This document shows, piece by piece, positions 14,980 through 28,840 of a stretch of 64,000 nt of DNA. Both the position numbers and the translations under genes were made by a program. Under the pieces are notes generated by a model that did no database searches, was not told the origin of the DNA, and saw only the letters and a list, made by a program, of their open reading frames with translations. Each line of letters opens with the position of its first letter. Within the stretch, counting starts at the first letter, position 1. The DNA is taken from positions 186,001 through 250,000 of the forward strand of contig JBPGPT010000012.1 in NCBI GenBank assembly GCA_051047955.1. The letters run 5' to 3'. The stretch comes from Cystobasidiomycetes sp. EMM_F5. Its lineage: Eukaryota.

Positions 14980-16383
14980 ATGATTAATCCAGCAAAGCCC
15001 GCTCCGATGACGACGGTGCCTGCTGCAGAGAAGAAGATCTATTCAACCCACAAAGTTGAGAAGGCCGAGTTTATCGTTGATGCTGTTCTCGTGAGCATTC
15101 AATATACGCCTAATGAAATGCTTATCCGTTGAACCCTGTGATGTCTTTGTACCCGTAGTTCGACATGGACGGCACTCTGGTCGATTCCATTGGTGCAGTC
15201 GAGCAAGCATGGGGCAGCGTTGCCGATGGTGAGTACGCGCACAGTCGACTTCACACTAGTTTTCTTATTATGGCTGCGGTATGTCAGAACTCAGCATGGA
15301 TCGCCAGACCGTGATCGACCACACCCATGGTCGTCGAGGTATCGATAATCTCCGAGATCTCAAACCAGAATTGTCCAAAACCCCGGATCCAGAGATGGCT
15401 CCCCACGTTCAGGAATTTGAGGAGAAGATCCTGGCTAGTGCGGACGAGTACCATAAGGAAGTTCGCTCGAGAAGGCAATCTATGGCAGAGGAGATTGTAA
15501 GTTGCATGGCTTGACCCTATCAGTGACTTGATATTAATGTCGCTTTAAGCGTACTTCGCGCTCAAACTCTCGTCGAGGTTCGCAAGCTGCATCACGTCGA
15601 GGCTCGCAAGCTGGTACACCTCCCGTCGCTCCCTTCGGTTCGCGCAAAGGATCGTTCGCTGCCGAGCTCAGCAAGAAGCTTGCATTTAGCGGTCTCACTA
15701 AATCAACTCCCATCATCGACGGAGACTCGGGTCACGGGTCCTCACCAGGTGTCCAATCGCCATTGGACGAAGATCCCTTTGACAGTGATGACGAGGAGAT
15801 TGATTTAGATACGCTCGAAGTCGATACCTCCGACCTAGTCGACAGATCCGTCAAGATCCTCCCAGGTGTACGCCGAATGATTGACGCCATTCCGGAAGGG
15901 CGCTACGCTGTGGCGACTTCTGGAGCGACAACCTACTGCTATGGCGCTTTGTCCCGTGTCGGCATAACGCCTCCCAAGGTCACCATTACAGCTGACGACC
16001 CTCGCCTCAAGCGTGGCAAGCCTTTCCCAGACCCCTTCATTTTGGCTGCCGAACAGCTTGGCTACGATCCGAAGAAGTGCCTAGTCGTTGAAGACTCCCC
16101 AAGCGGAATTAAGGCTGGCGTAGCGAGCGGGGCCAAAGTCATTGCAGTCTGCACTTCACACGCAGTGGAGAAGATAAACAACTGCGGAACGTCCTACATC
16201 GTCCCCGACTTGGAGTATGTAACCATACAAGTGCAAGCAGACGGAAGACTCAAGGTCATTATCAACTCGGACCCCGCCACACACGACGCGACCTCTGCAT
16301 TGTCAAAGGCGCGTGATGAACTGGCCGACAAGCTCAGAGCGGCAAAGATTGCAGAATCCAGCGCTGTCGACACGCGTGCCTAG
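14980..16383 (+). CDS. HAD-family sugar/glycerol-3-phosphate phosphatase (GPP1/DOG1-like)
   Basis: Motif I FDMDGTLVDS, HGRR, LPGV, AVATSG, GKPFPDPF, VVEDSPSGIKAG. Three consensus introns. Confidence 0.92.
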
Positions 16384-16652
16384 TATTGCCAACTGATATG
16401 CATAAATAGAGCCTTTATCTGGTACTGCGATCTCGTTTACATCTCGTGTCCTTCCGCTTGTAGCATCTAGCATTATTGGGCAACTGCATATCCTGCCGGG
16501 TAGTACCGTAGCTCTTTCTCGCCTAGTAAACCTGTATGTAAACTAGTGAGCAATAGACCGCAGTCTCCTAGCGAGTGCGGCGGATATCGTCGTATAATGC
16601 CTGTGATTTTTGCTTGATCAGACTGCGTGCGCCGACTCGCAGCGAGCGCGGT

Positions 16653-17585
16653 TTACAGAAGCTTCAGATTGCCCGTAACTTGGTTGATGAGCCTGACGGG
16701 AGCTGGCCCTACGCCGAGGACAGTTCGCGATCCCGCCGCGATCTGCGTTCTTCCGCTGCCGGGCTCATTCAGCAATTGACCAACCTTCCACAACATTAAC
16801 AGATACTTACGCATCTTGAATACTACGCGCGCAGATGTTCAGACTTTGCGCTTGGGCTTGTAAAACTAGAAGGTCCTCCTCAGAGTCCGCCTTCAGTGCA
16901 ATTTTCGCTTGGCTAAATAAAGTCGGTCAGCCAGGAAGGAAGTAGTCATAGCATCTGACGTTACCCTGTTCTCTCCCAGCGTTGCAGAAGAGTCGGGTTT
17001 GATTTCTGGAGAGCTTTGTAGCAGGCCAGTGTCGCATGCCTAGTCAAAGTCAGCACGACGGGCAGGACGTGTTATTGAGCCTTTGCAAAAGCTTACCCGC
17101 ACTGCGCTGCTATCTTGCCTAATATCCAGATCAGCTTTTGGGCGCGGCCAATGGCCTGGCTTATTTACCTTTTGTCATCCCCAAATCAGTCCGGACTACC
17201 AGAACCTGCAGAAATTCTACGTCAGCTCAGTCTTAGCCTTTCGTGACCGATGAAGATCACCAGTTTGCACTCGTCAAGCAAAGAAGCTTTGACTTCAGCA
17301 AGGTTTTCTAATTGCTCTGTCTCCGAATCCGACGATTCGGCATCTAACGATGCAGGTAGCCCATTTCTCGAGGCTGCTTCTCGAGTGTCCCCATCCGTAC
17401 GAGGCTCATCATCTTCCGATGACTGGCCAGATCAGCAGTCAGCAAGGCAACTCGTCGGTCGTTTGCTAACGCACACCTCGAGTGATGCCCAGCGATTTGC
17501 CTACACCAATCCAGTACCCGACGACGGCAGAACACGCCATAAGAGCCACAGTCGCGGTCGCAGAGAGATAGCTCGGTGTGCTCAT
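16653..17585 (-). CDS. PTH2: Peptidyl-tRNA hydrolase 2 with N-terminal TM anchor (about 7 exons)
   Basis: Spliced [31 protein letters not shown]...QAKIALK...[37 protein letters not shown]. Confidence 0.93.
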
Positions 17586-17817
17586 AGTTGGATTAGGTAT
17601 GCTGTAGCAGGTGGGGCCGTTTGCAACGAAGCAGTCACAGCTTGTGCCAGAAGAAACAGGATTTCGTTGAGGTGACGAGGCGTACAACAACACGCATACG
17701 CTATCTACTAAATCTCCAGGATATCATGCTTCTATTTACTACTGCTACTGATTACCCTGATTGATGCCAAAGGATACAATGCGGATTCGGCCGCTGGAAA
17801 ATGGAAAAGTACACGTC

Positions 17818-20800
17818 TCATTGCACGGCTTGACTAGTGTCCTGTGTGATAGAATCGCGCCGATTGTGAGCTCTCGATCCAGCCTTCTTAGGGACTGCGT
17901 CCTTGTTGCGAGTGCGGTTCCGTCTATGGGACGCAACGGATAGTCAGCATCAGGCGCAATCTGCATGCAGCTAGGAAGGCAAAAGCGTACTTCTTGATAA
18001 CGGAATTGTGCAGCGAAACCGGTCGATCAGCCCCGTGCAGTTTCCGGAAGAGTTGGCACGCGTTGCATAACGGTTGACCATTCTCATCACGCCGCCAGAG
18101 TGGGGTTGTAGTGGTCTTACAATTGATACATATTACCGCGGGAGGTCTGTCAGGATTGATGTGCGGTGTCGATGCACCTGATGTCGCCGAAGCCTCAGTC
18201 TGGGAGACAGCTTGAACAACCGGCAGGTTGCTCGTGAGACTGCTCTGCCCGGCACTCGCGGGGAGCTGCGCAGGATGAGTGCCAACAGCGGACGCATGAC
18301 CGAGATCGGGCTGTCTAATCTCGCTCCCTGATGATTCCGCCGGCGAATTGACAGCAGAGCCGGTGTTTGGTGTAGCTGTGCCGGCAGCATGACTCCAACC
18401 AGCGTGAGTAGTGCCATCGCTGTAATCTGGCGGATTAGGTAAAGCCGACTGCTGAAGATACGATGCCGAATTCGCGCTTAATACCTGAGTCGGGTTGATG
18501 TGTAAATTTCCTGGACTGGCCATAAAATCATACGTCGGCATAGTTGTTTGATATACAGGAAGATGTGACATTGACATCGAGTGCGTGATCGGCGGCATGA
18601 ATGCTGCAGCTTGGGCAGCACTTTGCATGGCTTGCGCAGCTTGTAAGCGGTTGATAGCTTCAAGAGCAGCGGTCTGTGCTGCTGGCATGTATAACTGCGC
18701 CGGAGATGCGTATTGCGTGCCGAAAGACATCATGGCAGGATCCACAGCAAACATTTGCATGTTTGGCTGAGGAAATCCATTTGGAGCGGCAGGAGGCACT
18801 GGCGTACCAGGTACGGACTGCGCGACCCTCGCACCTTGCGGTGATGATATCCCAAAATCCTGTGGCGAATTGGCTGTGGAATATGCCTACAAGTTCGATC
18901 GAGTCAGCAAGCTGGCATACTGCGGCGAATGACTGTACTAACCTGCGTGGATCCCTGTTGACGGTGCTTCTTGTGCGATTGCTTTTGTTGCGCTTGTACA
19001 ATAGACGCTGGATAGCTTTCATCGAACGAGGTCTTCCTCACGAGCTTCGGCAAGAATCCGAAGTCGGCGTGATGATTCTGCTTCAACTCCTGCTCTCGAA
19101 ACAAGCCGGGAATGCTACCGACATTTTTGTGTGTCGGCAAATCTAGAACGGATGTGCTGTAGTCTAGCGTCGAGAGATACGCCTCCAAGCTAGCACTGAT
19201 ACTATTCTTGGATTGTGCGAGATCAGTCAGCGGAGCAGAGGCTTCCGAGGGAAACTGCGATGGCAGAGTCGGTAGATCTGCCCTTGCAGCACCTTTGGAC
19301 AGCTCAGAGGCAGGAGAGTTGCCGGCTAGGTTTGTGAACCAGTCTTGTGCTTGTGGTAGTGATGCGTCAAATTCTGACATCGCTGGCTGCGTTGGACTGA
19401 TATTTATGTGTGAGGCCATTGTCGAGATACTTGATCTATGCCGACCGTGTCCTTGCGTATGCATTGTTGCCACTTCAGTTTTATTCGCCTTCGGCGACAT
19501 CAGCGACCGTAGAGTCTCCTCAACCGACTTGTATGCAGCGGAAGTGGAGCTTGCGCTCGGTAGGGAAGTTGTGTTCGGAGTCTGAAGCTCTAGATTGGCG
19601 GTGTAAGAAGGTACATCTGCAGACATACCGGCGGCGAATGCTTGGGTAATGGCTGGGTCGGATGGCGAGGATAACAAGCGGAAACCCGGAGATGCAGAAC
19701 GGACGCCAAACCTCACGTGAGGAGCGCGTGAGCGCGATCTCGATTGGGCACGCCAATCCATGCCGTCGGGAGTATGGGAGACACGCGTCCGAGACCTACT
19801 CTGATTGCGCCAGTCCATAGCATTCAACTCGTCATCGTCTTCGGGTGATTGTGCTCTGCGTCGGGAGACGGTCACATCAGCTAATGGAACCACAATGCGG
19901 GAATGGTTACCCTTACTGTGTTGCAGACGCAGCGTCCAGTCGACCTCGCCTTCCCCGCTCCAGTCCGACTTCGGTGCCCTTGGCGGCGTATTTTTCTGAA
20001 TTGGACATGGAGGTACTCGATGCGGCAGATACTGGAACGGTAGAAGGAGGATGCGGTACGGCAAAGGAGGTAGAAGCGTATTCTGCTTCCTGCCTCTTCT
20101 TCTCAGCCTCAGCCTCAGCTTCTGCCTTCTGCTTGTTGAGCTTGAGACTCATCAGCCGCCACGTGATGTTCTCCATTCGCGCGCCGCCAGGCAATCCAGC
20201 CTTCGCTTTAGCGTAAAGCCGCCACAGTTGCGTCGCCAATGGATCTTTTGCCGCCATTGATTCAGGAGTTTCCCCGTCAATTGTGGGCCAGTCCTCGAGA
20301 CCAAGGGACGTCTCTCGGCTACGAGGGCCTGGTACGATTGGGACGGCCGGACTCAGTGCGCTTTGAACGCCTGTCGAATGCACAGTTCCTGAGGTAGGTG
20401 GCGCTGGAAATAGCTCTCCGTTGCTGAAGACATTCGACATGACCGAAGATGCAGTCTGTGATACCTGCGGATCTTGCGCTGCCCAATTGTACCACTTTCC
20501 CCCAACGCCCGACAAGGCGACAGCCGAATTAAGGTCGTCTGGTCTTTGCCCATCGCTCGTATGCGCCAGAATGTCTGCCACGACGGCACGAACGTCAGTC
20601 CTTTGCGGATAGCTAGACGTGAACGTTAGATCCCTTGTGGACGGAGTATAGGGTAGCGTATCATTCTGTAAGCCAACTTTCACTTGTTGATCAGCTTGTG
20701 CTTGGCCGTCGACTGCTTGATAGTGATCAGAGGGCGAGGCTACCGATGATTGAGGCGCTGTACTGGGAGCAGTTCCATCGTAACTCTGGCTGAAACCATA

Positions 20801-22078
20801 ATTCTCTAGAAGTGGCGATGTTGGGGAGGTAGCTGTCGATGACAGTGAATATGATGGAGTAGCGATTGGCATAGGTTTGGGCCGATTTTGTGCATGAGAA
20901 GACGTTGGCATGCTAGAAATGCTGTGCGTCGCTGTTTGATTATTGGCGGTCCCGGTTTGAGGCGCAACATCTCTCTTCCGACGTGTCGCCTTCTTTATCG
21001 TTGCCACTCCACTAGAGGTGCTACTTGAATTTTGAGCTGCGCATTGAGGCTCCGGGCGAGCGTATGGATGTGATACGACTGCTGTAGATCCATCTCTGCC
21101 AAGATTCAGAGACAGCCAACTAGATTGATGTTGGGTTGTACCGCCAGGAGAGTGCGCGTTGTGTGTACTTGACTGTCGGCTGCGGTGACTGCGCACTGCA
21201 GATGTAGGTCCAGAACTGGGATCTAATGAATGCGATGGATTCGCAAAGATGGCGTTGGTAGATGACATGGATGACGACGGAGCTTGCTGGGCGTGCAAGG
21301 GGTGACGCGGATGACTAGCCCACCCCAGATAGTCCGAGTTTGGCATTGAAGCCGAGAATGTTGGTTGACCTTGCAAAGCATGGCCCGACGGGAAGTTGAC
21401 TGGCGAATGATCCGCTACAAGACTGAAGCCTGAAGCTGTGACTGGCTGCAGAGGAAACATTGTCGACAGAGGGGATGCGACAGATTCCGATTGAGGCAGT
21501 GGGTGGGTGGAGCTGGGAAATGCAGAAACGCGCAGGGGCGAGTTTGGGACGCTTCTCTGGAAGTCCTGAGCTGATACGGGTATTGTCATGCTGATAGATC
21601 CGCTAGCGTGCGGGTATCCAGCCGTAGCAGTCACTGTACTCCAAGAGGAACCCGAGCCGGACGTACCGATCGAGGATGGTGCTGTCGATACTTGACGAGC
21701 AGAGTCGCCCGCAGTGAGCATTGAAGCTGTCGTCTTTGCAGAAGCCGACGACGACTTTGACGAGACGTCGTCTGTCGAGTCTGGGGGTGAGGGCGACACG
21801 GACGCCGTCGAAGCGAGCAGGTTGGCGAGGACGTCGTTTGACAGAGCGCTACCGTGTAAAGCCTTGGACCAAGTCTTGCTGGCTGCGGCGTAGTTGCTAG
21901 GATTGGTGTACGATGTTGCAGACTCGGACCCTTGCTGCTGTCCTGTAGCCGTCGAAACGCCTGCAGCTTCTCTGCTGCTGCTAGTGCCGCTGCCGGTCAA
22001 GTCATCGTCCAGATCCACCAGGAAGCTCGAAAAGTCGACGTCGTCGTCTCCGGCCATGCTCATTGTGCTGCTGTACAT
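17818..22078 (-). CDS. AreA/Gat1-like GATA zinc-finger transcription factor with DUF1752 domain
   Basis: [34 protein letters not shown] (DUF1752), RKTSFD, finger [25 protein letters not shown]...RPVSL...IKK|RNR. Confidence 0.9.
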
Positions 22079-22708
22079 GCCTGTGCTGCCAGTCGCAGCT
22101 CAATGGTCGCCCGGAGTACCCTTTGGGAATCCGATGCAACAGCTGGTTGACGGCGGCAGAAGTCGCAGGAAGATGCGGCGGGCAGGTTGGCAGTCAACGG
22201 TGGTGCAGCATCAGGGTACGGCGCTCGTGTGCGTCGACATGCAGCGCAGCAGTGCTGGGTCTTGTGTTGCAGAGCGTCAAGTTGGCTTCAGATTTTGAGT
22301 GCTCCCGACATTGTTCCGACCCCGAGGACCGGTCTAGACTTTGCAATTTCAAGCAACCGGTAAATTATTGCTGCATCACCTGGCTCCCTACCACGTACAC
22401 ACGCTGTCGCCGAGCATACACTCTGATGTTTCTGACAACATTTGACGTGAGACCTGCGTTCTCTGTCTACACGCCATGTCCGCCCAGGTGTACCGTCTAT
22501 TTCCCATCCATCCCCTTGACCACCCAGTCTGTCGAAGTGTACGCCGATGCTTACCTCACTCACAACGTGATCGAGTGAGGAAGCGGTCCTAGGCAGCCAT
22601 AAACGACGTATGCACTACGGCCAGAAGTCGACTTGGTTGAAATCGATGAGAAAGAATTGGATCCTCAGCTACGGTGTGGCTTGCAAAGTCTGGCAGCTAC
22701 TATGATGA

Positions 22709-24842
22709 CTAGGAGTTCAGCCACTCTTCTGGGAGAAACCAGCACGTTCGCAGACTCAGCAAGCGACCTATGCCGGCATGTACCTCCGCCTGAAAAGGTT
22801 CAAATGGCACACTTTCGCCATCGATGGAGACTGTTGACGACTATTTACTTGGCGCTGTATATGCGTAGACAGACACACTTACTGTACTGAGGAAATCGGG
22901 AAGACTGCTTTCCTGGTGTTATGCGGAACTGTCACCAAACGTGGCATCAGCCAATTTCTGGAGCTCAAAGTCTGTCTGTCCCATACCGCTTCTAGCTTGT
23001 AATACTCCATCTGTGGGTGCTCGTACAACTTGCCCTTCTCCGCTCCGTTCATGGCTGTCAAGAGAGTGACAGTGCTAACTACTGGAAGTATCGACATGAC
23101 GATGGTCCCATCCGAATTGGCAATGGGAAACTGCAAAAGATCCCTAGAGAGCCAAGGTAGTTGTCCCGCGTACATGTTTGCCAGCGGAGCATGTACGGTA
23201 GTCCACCCACTAGCGCGAGACCCGGGAATCCTGATTGTATCGGGTGCAGCTGGCAAGCTGTCGTTGATCGTGCCAAATCGCAACGGCGGAATGCCACCTG
23301 CTGCACTCTCAATTCGCTTTGCAGCAATATGCTGAGGATCACGTGGCTTTTGAGGTTCAGTTGCGATCTCCTTTTGCGCTGCTGATGCCTTTGCCACTAC
23401 CTCGGCTTTCATTGCGTGCTTGTCTGCTGCAACAATTCTCATAGAGATTTCGCATTCATATCGAGGTCCCGCTAATGCTCGTTGAACAAAGCCGACGACG
23501 AAGCGCTGCGAGCCCATCCATCTGGTGGCCTGTCAGATCACTGTCTTTAGGATAGTTCTGCCAAGAACGCTCACCGCAAGTGCTCTGTTCCAAGATCGAC
23601 ATCAGCCATGAGCCCGTACGCTTGCGAGAGTATGGAGAAAGATCGCCTTTCGCCCTGCGTGATGGAGCAAATATCGGCAGGCAGCGGCAGACCTATTCGT
23701 CGCTTAGCATGAAGTCCATGTTGAATCTAATGATGCGTACCCTTGATGACGGTCAAGGCTGACATGAGCACATTGTTGCCCATGTCCGGACCATTAATTG
23801 AACATGATGCAGAATTTCCTGACCCTGTATGTTTGAATCGTCAGAGAAGGAACACTTAGACAGCAGGGCGTCCGTCGGGCTTACCGGCTGGAATGATTCC
23901 CAACGGACAGTTTTGCAAAGCAACAAGAGCATCTAGGCGACTACAGAATCCGTTTACAGCTTCATATACAAGGCCATCTCCGCTTTGCAAGACCAACGCG
24001 TCGTATTTGCCGATGTCCAAATCACGAGCTATCTCGGTACAATGTCCCTTCCGCTCCGTGACTGTGAGTGTCGCGTGTTTCAGCAATACAAGCATGACGA
24101 ATACCAGACGCAGCTCACAAGTTGTGTCCATACTGCAGCCGGCCGCCCGAAATATCGGTTCTACCAGCTTAGTCCATTGCGATCTTGCGTGACCTGGACC
24201 AGATGCAGGATTGATAGCTACTCGTAGGCGCTTCTGACGCCCACGACCGCCTGCTCTAACCTTCAGCGTTGTCTATCGATGCAAGCTGCTAGCATTGCGC
24301 AAGGTGTGTGTACCCACCGTACGCTCTATCCAATAAATGCTTGACCCAGACGTCTGCTGTATGAGAATAACCATTTTGAACAAGACCTTTAATTTTCGTA
24401 AGACCGTCTGGAGCTGCTCTGGCGTTGAAATCGACGATATATATCTCGACAACGACCTTGCTATTTGTTGTGTATATAGCGGCATTGACGACGTGGAGAT
24501 ACTCGAAGCGCCTTGTTGATGGTCTTGCTGCTGTTGACCATCGTATTGATGCGTCAAGTTGCAGCCCAATTTATGCAAGTCAGATTCGGCTTTCACCGTC
24601 ATCGATAAAGGACAGCACCTTGGCATAGAATGACCTGCGACCATGTTCGCGCGGCTGCTTCGTGGAATCAGCAGTGATATGGAGCATGCTAACAAAGGCC
24701 TACGGGGACTAGGATGCGCAATGTGCAGGCCATCCTCGGCTAGAGTCAGCTTGATGGACGTAGTGCTGCTGCCTGCATCCGTATCGATGACCAGTTCGAG
24801 GCTAGCGTCCTGGCCATTGTGTTCGGTGCGCAGGGAATCCAT
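22709..24842 (-). CDS. Sphingoid long-chain base kinase (LCB4/5, SphK; DAGK catalytic family)
   Basis: VAINPASGPG, SGDGLVYEAVNG, LGIIPAG, DLGTEHL|RWMGSQRF, MYAGQLPW, SIDGESVPFEPFQAEVH. Multiple introns. Confidence 0.88.
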
Positions 24843-25394
24843 GCTCTGAGCCGCAGCGAGCGCGACCGCTGCGGTCGGTGCAGCAGCAACTACTGTACTA
24901 TTATCGGACTCGACGCTCGAGCTGGTTCAGACCCCACACTTCGCGACCGTTTGCACTGCCATGGTCGGGCAGTAACGCTATGCATAACAAGTCGCGGACA
25001 AATACGGTAGCTTCTCACAATATTACAGGTGAAGCGCGCACGTTGGTTTCGGAGATGTCCACAATGTTTTCCTGAAGTCTGTACTGGCCATGGGATAAGG
25101 CTGATTGAGAGTAACCTGTCCAGCAGAAAATGTACTCTCATGCTACTCCAATTCCATTTCCAACCGTAGGCTAACAGACGGCATAACCATTTTACGAGCA
25201 GACGTCAGCCTGTTTCTCCACTTCGCTAGAGCTCTGCCAGGCGAACGAGATAATTCCGCTTGTAGCGTAGGACACAGAGCTTTCTAGGAGGGACGAGGCT
25301 CTGAACTACCGCAATACTATTATATCTAATAGAGCATCAGTTAGTGCGAGCAAGTCTATTGTCAGCACAAGGCTTGACCCTTTTGAGCTGTTAA

Positions 25395-26536
25395 TTATAC
25401 CACAAATAGCTCGTCAAATACTGTTGAACCGTGAGGATATTCTGACAGCAAGCACCCGCTTGGTATGGAAGGCTTTCGCATTGTGAAATGACCGGTGTGT
25501 GGAGACGTCGGAACGGAGTCTGTAGGAGTCATAGATCCAGCTGACAAGATGCGATCGCGAGAGGAGTAGATATCGCTAAGAAGATAGCTCAATTTTCGGA
25601 ATACCTTGTAAGGCGAATGAATGCCGTCCCGACGGAACGATGCATGTTCGCTTGTAGGTGCTGCAACTTGGCTGTACAATACTTGCGGCAGACGAGTGGG
25701 AGACGGATGTCTGGTAAGCGGCTCCTCCCTCTGTTTGTTGACATCACTGGAAGCTTCCCTATCATCATCGTCGAAGTAACGTCTGCTGCGCTTGCTTGAT
25801 ATTCTGCGCGTTCCATCGTTATGATCGCCTCGTGTGTCAAGATGGCGTTTCAACGCATCTGCTCTGGGGAACGCTCGCGAGCAGAGCGTACATTTGAAGG
25901 CTTTCGCAGATTCTACGAGTTATGAGGTCAGTATTAGCGCATACCTTTATAGCAGCGAAGCTTACCGGTCGAATGCAAAGCCAAGTGGCGCCTCAGGTCA
26001 TGCTTTCTTGTAAATGTTGCCGAGCAGACATCGCATCTGTGGCGTACCTTTCCTCCGTCTCTGCGTTTGTACAGAGTGTCCTGGTCTGCCGTCAAGGATG
26101 TCGAGGCTTGTGAGCATGACTGCTTTCGCACACCCAAAATGGCAGTCGCGGTCGTCATCTCGGCATACTGCTTCACGCTAGTATCTTGGTGTATAACGAG
26201 GTTACTGTGCAGCATTCGGGGTTCGACTATGCTGCCAAGCGGAAGCATTCTTATTGGAACCGGAGGTGACTGCCCGCCCTTACATGGCTTCGCTAACGTA
26301 TTCGGGAAGCGATACGCGGCTAGAGATGTAGAGTCCGCAGTCGTAGGTGGATGCCAAGTAGTCTGATACTGCGCATCATTCACACTATCGCCAGGCTTTA
26401 TCGGATATACTCCAGCTGATCCGACGGGATAATCTGGCGCGTCCGGTAAAAAGGCTGATATCTGAACTTGGAGAGTCGGCGAGGAGACAGGGAACCAGGG
26501 CCATAGAGACATGTTTTGCAGGGACTGGCTTGCCAT
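25395..26536 (-). CDS. C2H2 zinc-finger transcription factor (two fingers)
   Basis: HRCDVCSATFTRKHDLRRHLALH and, after an intron, FKCTLCSRAFPRADALKRHL. Confidence 0.82.
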
Positions 26537-27147
26537 TTAGCGAGCATGGAAGAGATTGTACCACGACTGTACACATTGCAACCATTAGCTTTACCGCGAG
26601 GAGCATTCAATCCAGCTTGGACAGCAACACGGGACAAAGCAGCAGTGATGGAGAAATTTTTCGTAACGGCTATGTCGCGTTGAGGTGACGTTTCGAATCT
26701 TCCCGAATGACATACCTGATTGCGATATACGGTATCTACACCCGCTTCAAGGGAATCAACTGGCAGAATGCAGAATGCAGAATATACGAGTGCGTAAGAA
26801 GCAGGGGGAAATGAGTGATGAGCGTCCGATTCTGACAGAGATGTCGCACATCGAGAATTCGGTGGCGGAAATGGGGCGCCAGAGACATGCGAGGCGTTCC
26901 GCTGCCAGCGACTAGCGGGTTCCGGAGATGCCCTTCGCTTGCAAGCTTTTGCTAACCGCTTACCAAAGCTTCTCGGAGCAGTCGTCAACGGACGCCCCGT
27001 CAATGACACAAAAAACAGTCGCGAAACGCGGTCGCGGAACCGTTAGGAATTTCAAAAAAGAGAAGGAGACACATCTCATGGTAGACGCGACTTGATTCGC
27101 CCATTCCCTCGTAGTGCATCCTTATTTCATAGTCAGAGTGGAAAAGA

Positions 27148-28651
27148 TTACAGCTGCATTGTACTTGTGCTGTTCTCAACGTTGCAAAGCCAGCTCTGGC
27201 GCTCAGCGTGTCCTATAAGGACTCCATGCTCGCTTATGGCATGGAAATGGGGATGCACTGCTTCGTTGTCAATCAAGTTTGGTTTGACGCCCCGCGAAGG
27301 CACACCAAAAGCCAGTGAACTGATCGCCAAGCTCTGCTTTTCGTACGATTCGGCATCGGGTTGAGAACGCAGAAACTGAACACGTTGGCCTATTTTGACG
27401 TTGGCCTCCGTATCGAGTGACAGAGCGCCTCGCTTTGGGTCACCGGCCATAATCGGTCGTACAGAGACCAGCTCATCGAGAGTCGCATGTTGCTTTGTCC
27501 GTGAGAAGATGTCAGATTCTGTTCGACACGAGTTCGCTCACTTGGCGCCACCAACCTTTCCCTCCGGCAAGATACCGAGGTAGAATCCTTGCTCCTTGTC
27601 AATGAGGTCACCCATGCCAGTTTGGATGCGCTCGAGCAACAGCTTCGTCGCGTTAGAGCCCGCTAATTCTGTGATAATATTGCCCTTTGCGCTTTTCGGA
27701 AAGAAGGCGAGAAACCCAGCAGGGTGAGATTTGCATTAGGGGCTAACGGTTTCAGATGCTCACTCCGTAACCTCCAGCGCTTCTCCAAGGGGTGACAGGC
27801 TTTCGAAGTTCAAGGAAATGGCTGAGGTCGCTTTTACCGATGTTTGACACACGGCAATACCGACAGCTCCGGTTGAGTGCACTTCTTTCCCCATGACCAG
27901 AGTATGTGGACGACCTGTAACGAAAGGCGTGGAGGAAGCAATCAGACCAAGCTGAGACAGCCTTTCAGCATTGCGATGCATGCGCACGGTGCATCTGTCA
28001 CACCTTTGTTGCTTTCGGAAAGTATGTGTCTAGCGTCTTCATCAAACCTTGAGGCTGCTCATCACTGAAGATGATGATCTGCTTGACGTATTTTGCACTG
28101 GCCATGCGCTTCAGTTTTATGCAGAAAAGTGGGTTGATGCAGCCTTACTGTAGGCCTTGAAGAGCTTCTGGAAGCGGATCTGCGGCAGCACTCGTATCTC
28201 CAGCCCATTCCATATCTATCGGTTCATTACTATCCATCTTTGACCGCTGCACCTCTCTTCCCAGCGCAATCTTGGGAAGGCCTTTCAAAGTGCTTCTGAA
28301 CGGTACGCATAATTGTAAAGAACCCTGCTCGGGAGTATGGCTCGCATATGCCAGAGTATACGGTTCTTTACTGTCTTCCGCGCTATGTGACAGGCATCCT
28401 ATCGCGATGCCCGGTAATGAGTTGATTCTGGCAAACAAGGCGGACAAGGTCGGAGCTGGGATGTTTCTCGACAAAGTAAAGAGTGTAGTGTCGACGCTTC
28501 TGGTCTGGGTCTCGTCAGGTAGAGCTTCCAGCAATATATCTATTGAAGTAGTGGACACGGTCTTGCAGGTCCAGATGTTACGGCGGAAGTGGGCTAAGCA
28601 CGGAGGACACCGGTACAGCCTTGTGATATGAGACGGAAGAGACAGACTCAT
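27148..28651 (-). CDS. Fungal FIST C-domain-containing protein, uncharacterised
   Basis: GLIASSTPFVTGRPHTL, GAVGIA, GNIITELAGSNATKLLL, GDPKRGALSLDT, GQRVQF, AISEHG. About five exons. Confidence 0.65.
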
Positions 28652-28840
28652 GAAAGATTGTGCAGAGAAGCAAGGAAATCAGTCGGAGTTAGAGCTTGCC
28701 GAAGCTTTCGCCTTGATCAATCCTGACTCTGCTTTGCCCAACCACAATTTGCATACGCAACTATGATATCAGCATTATGCATGTGCCTTTGCTGGTAGGG
28801 CTACCTCAGTCTGTCAGCGCACTACCTGCGCGTGGTCAGC

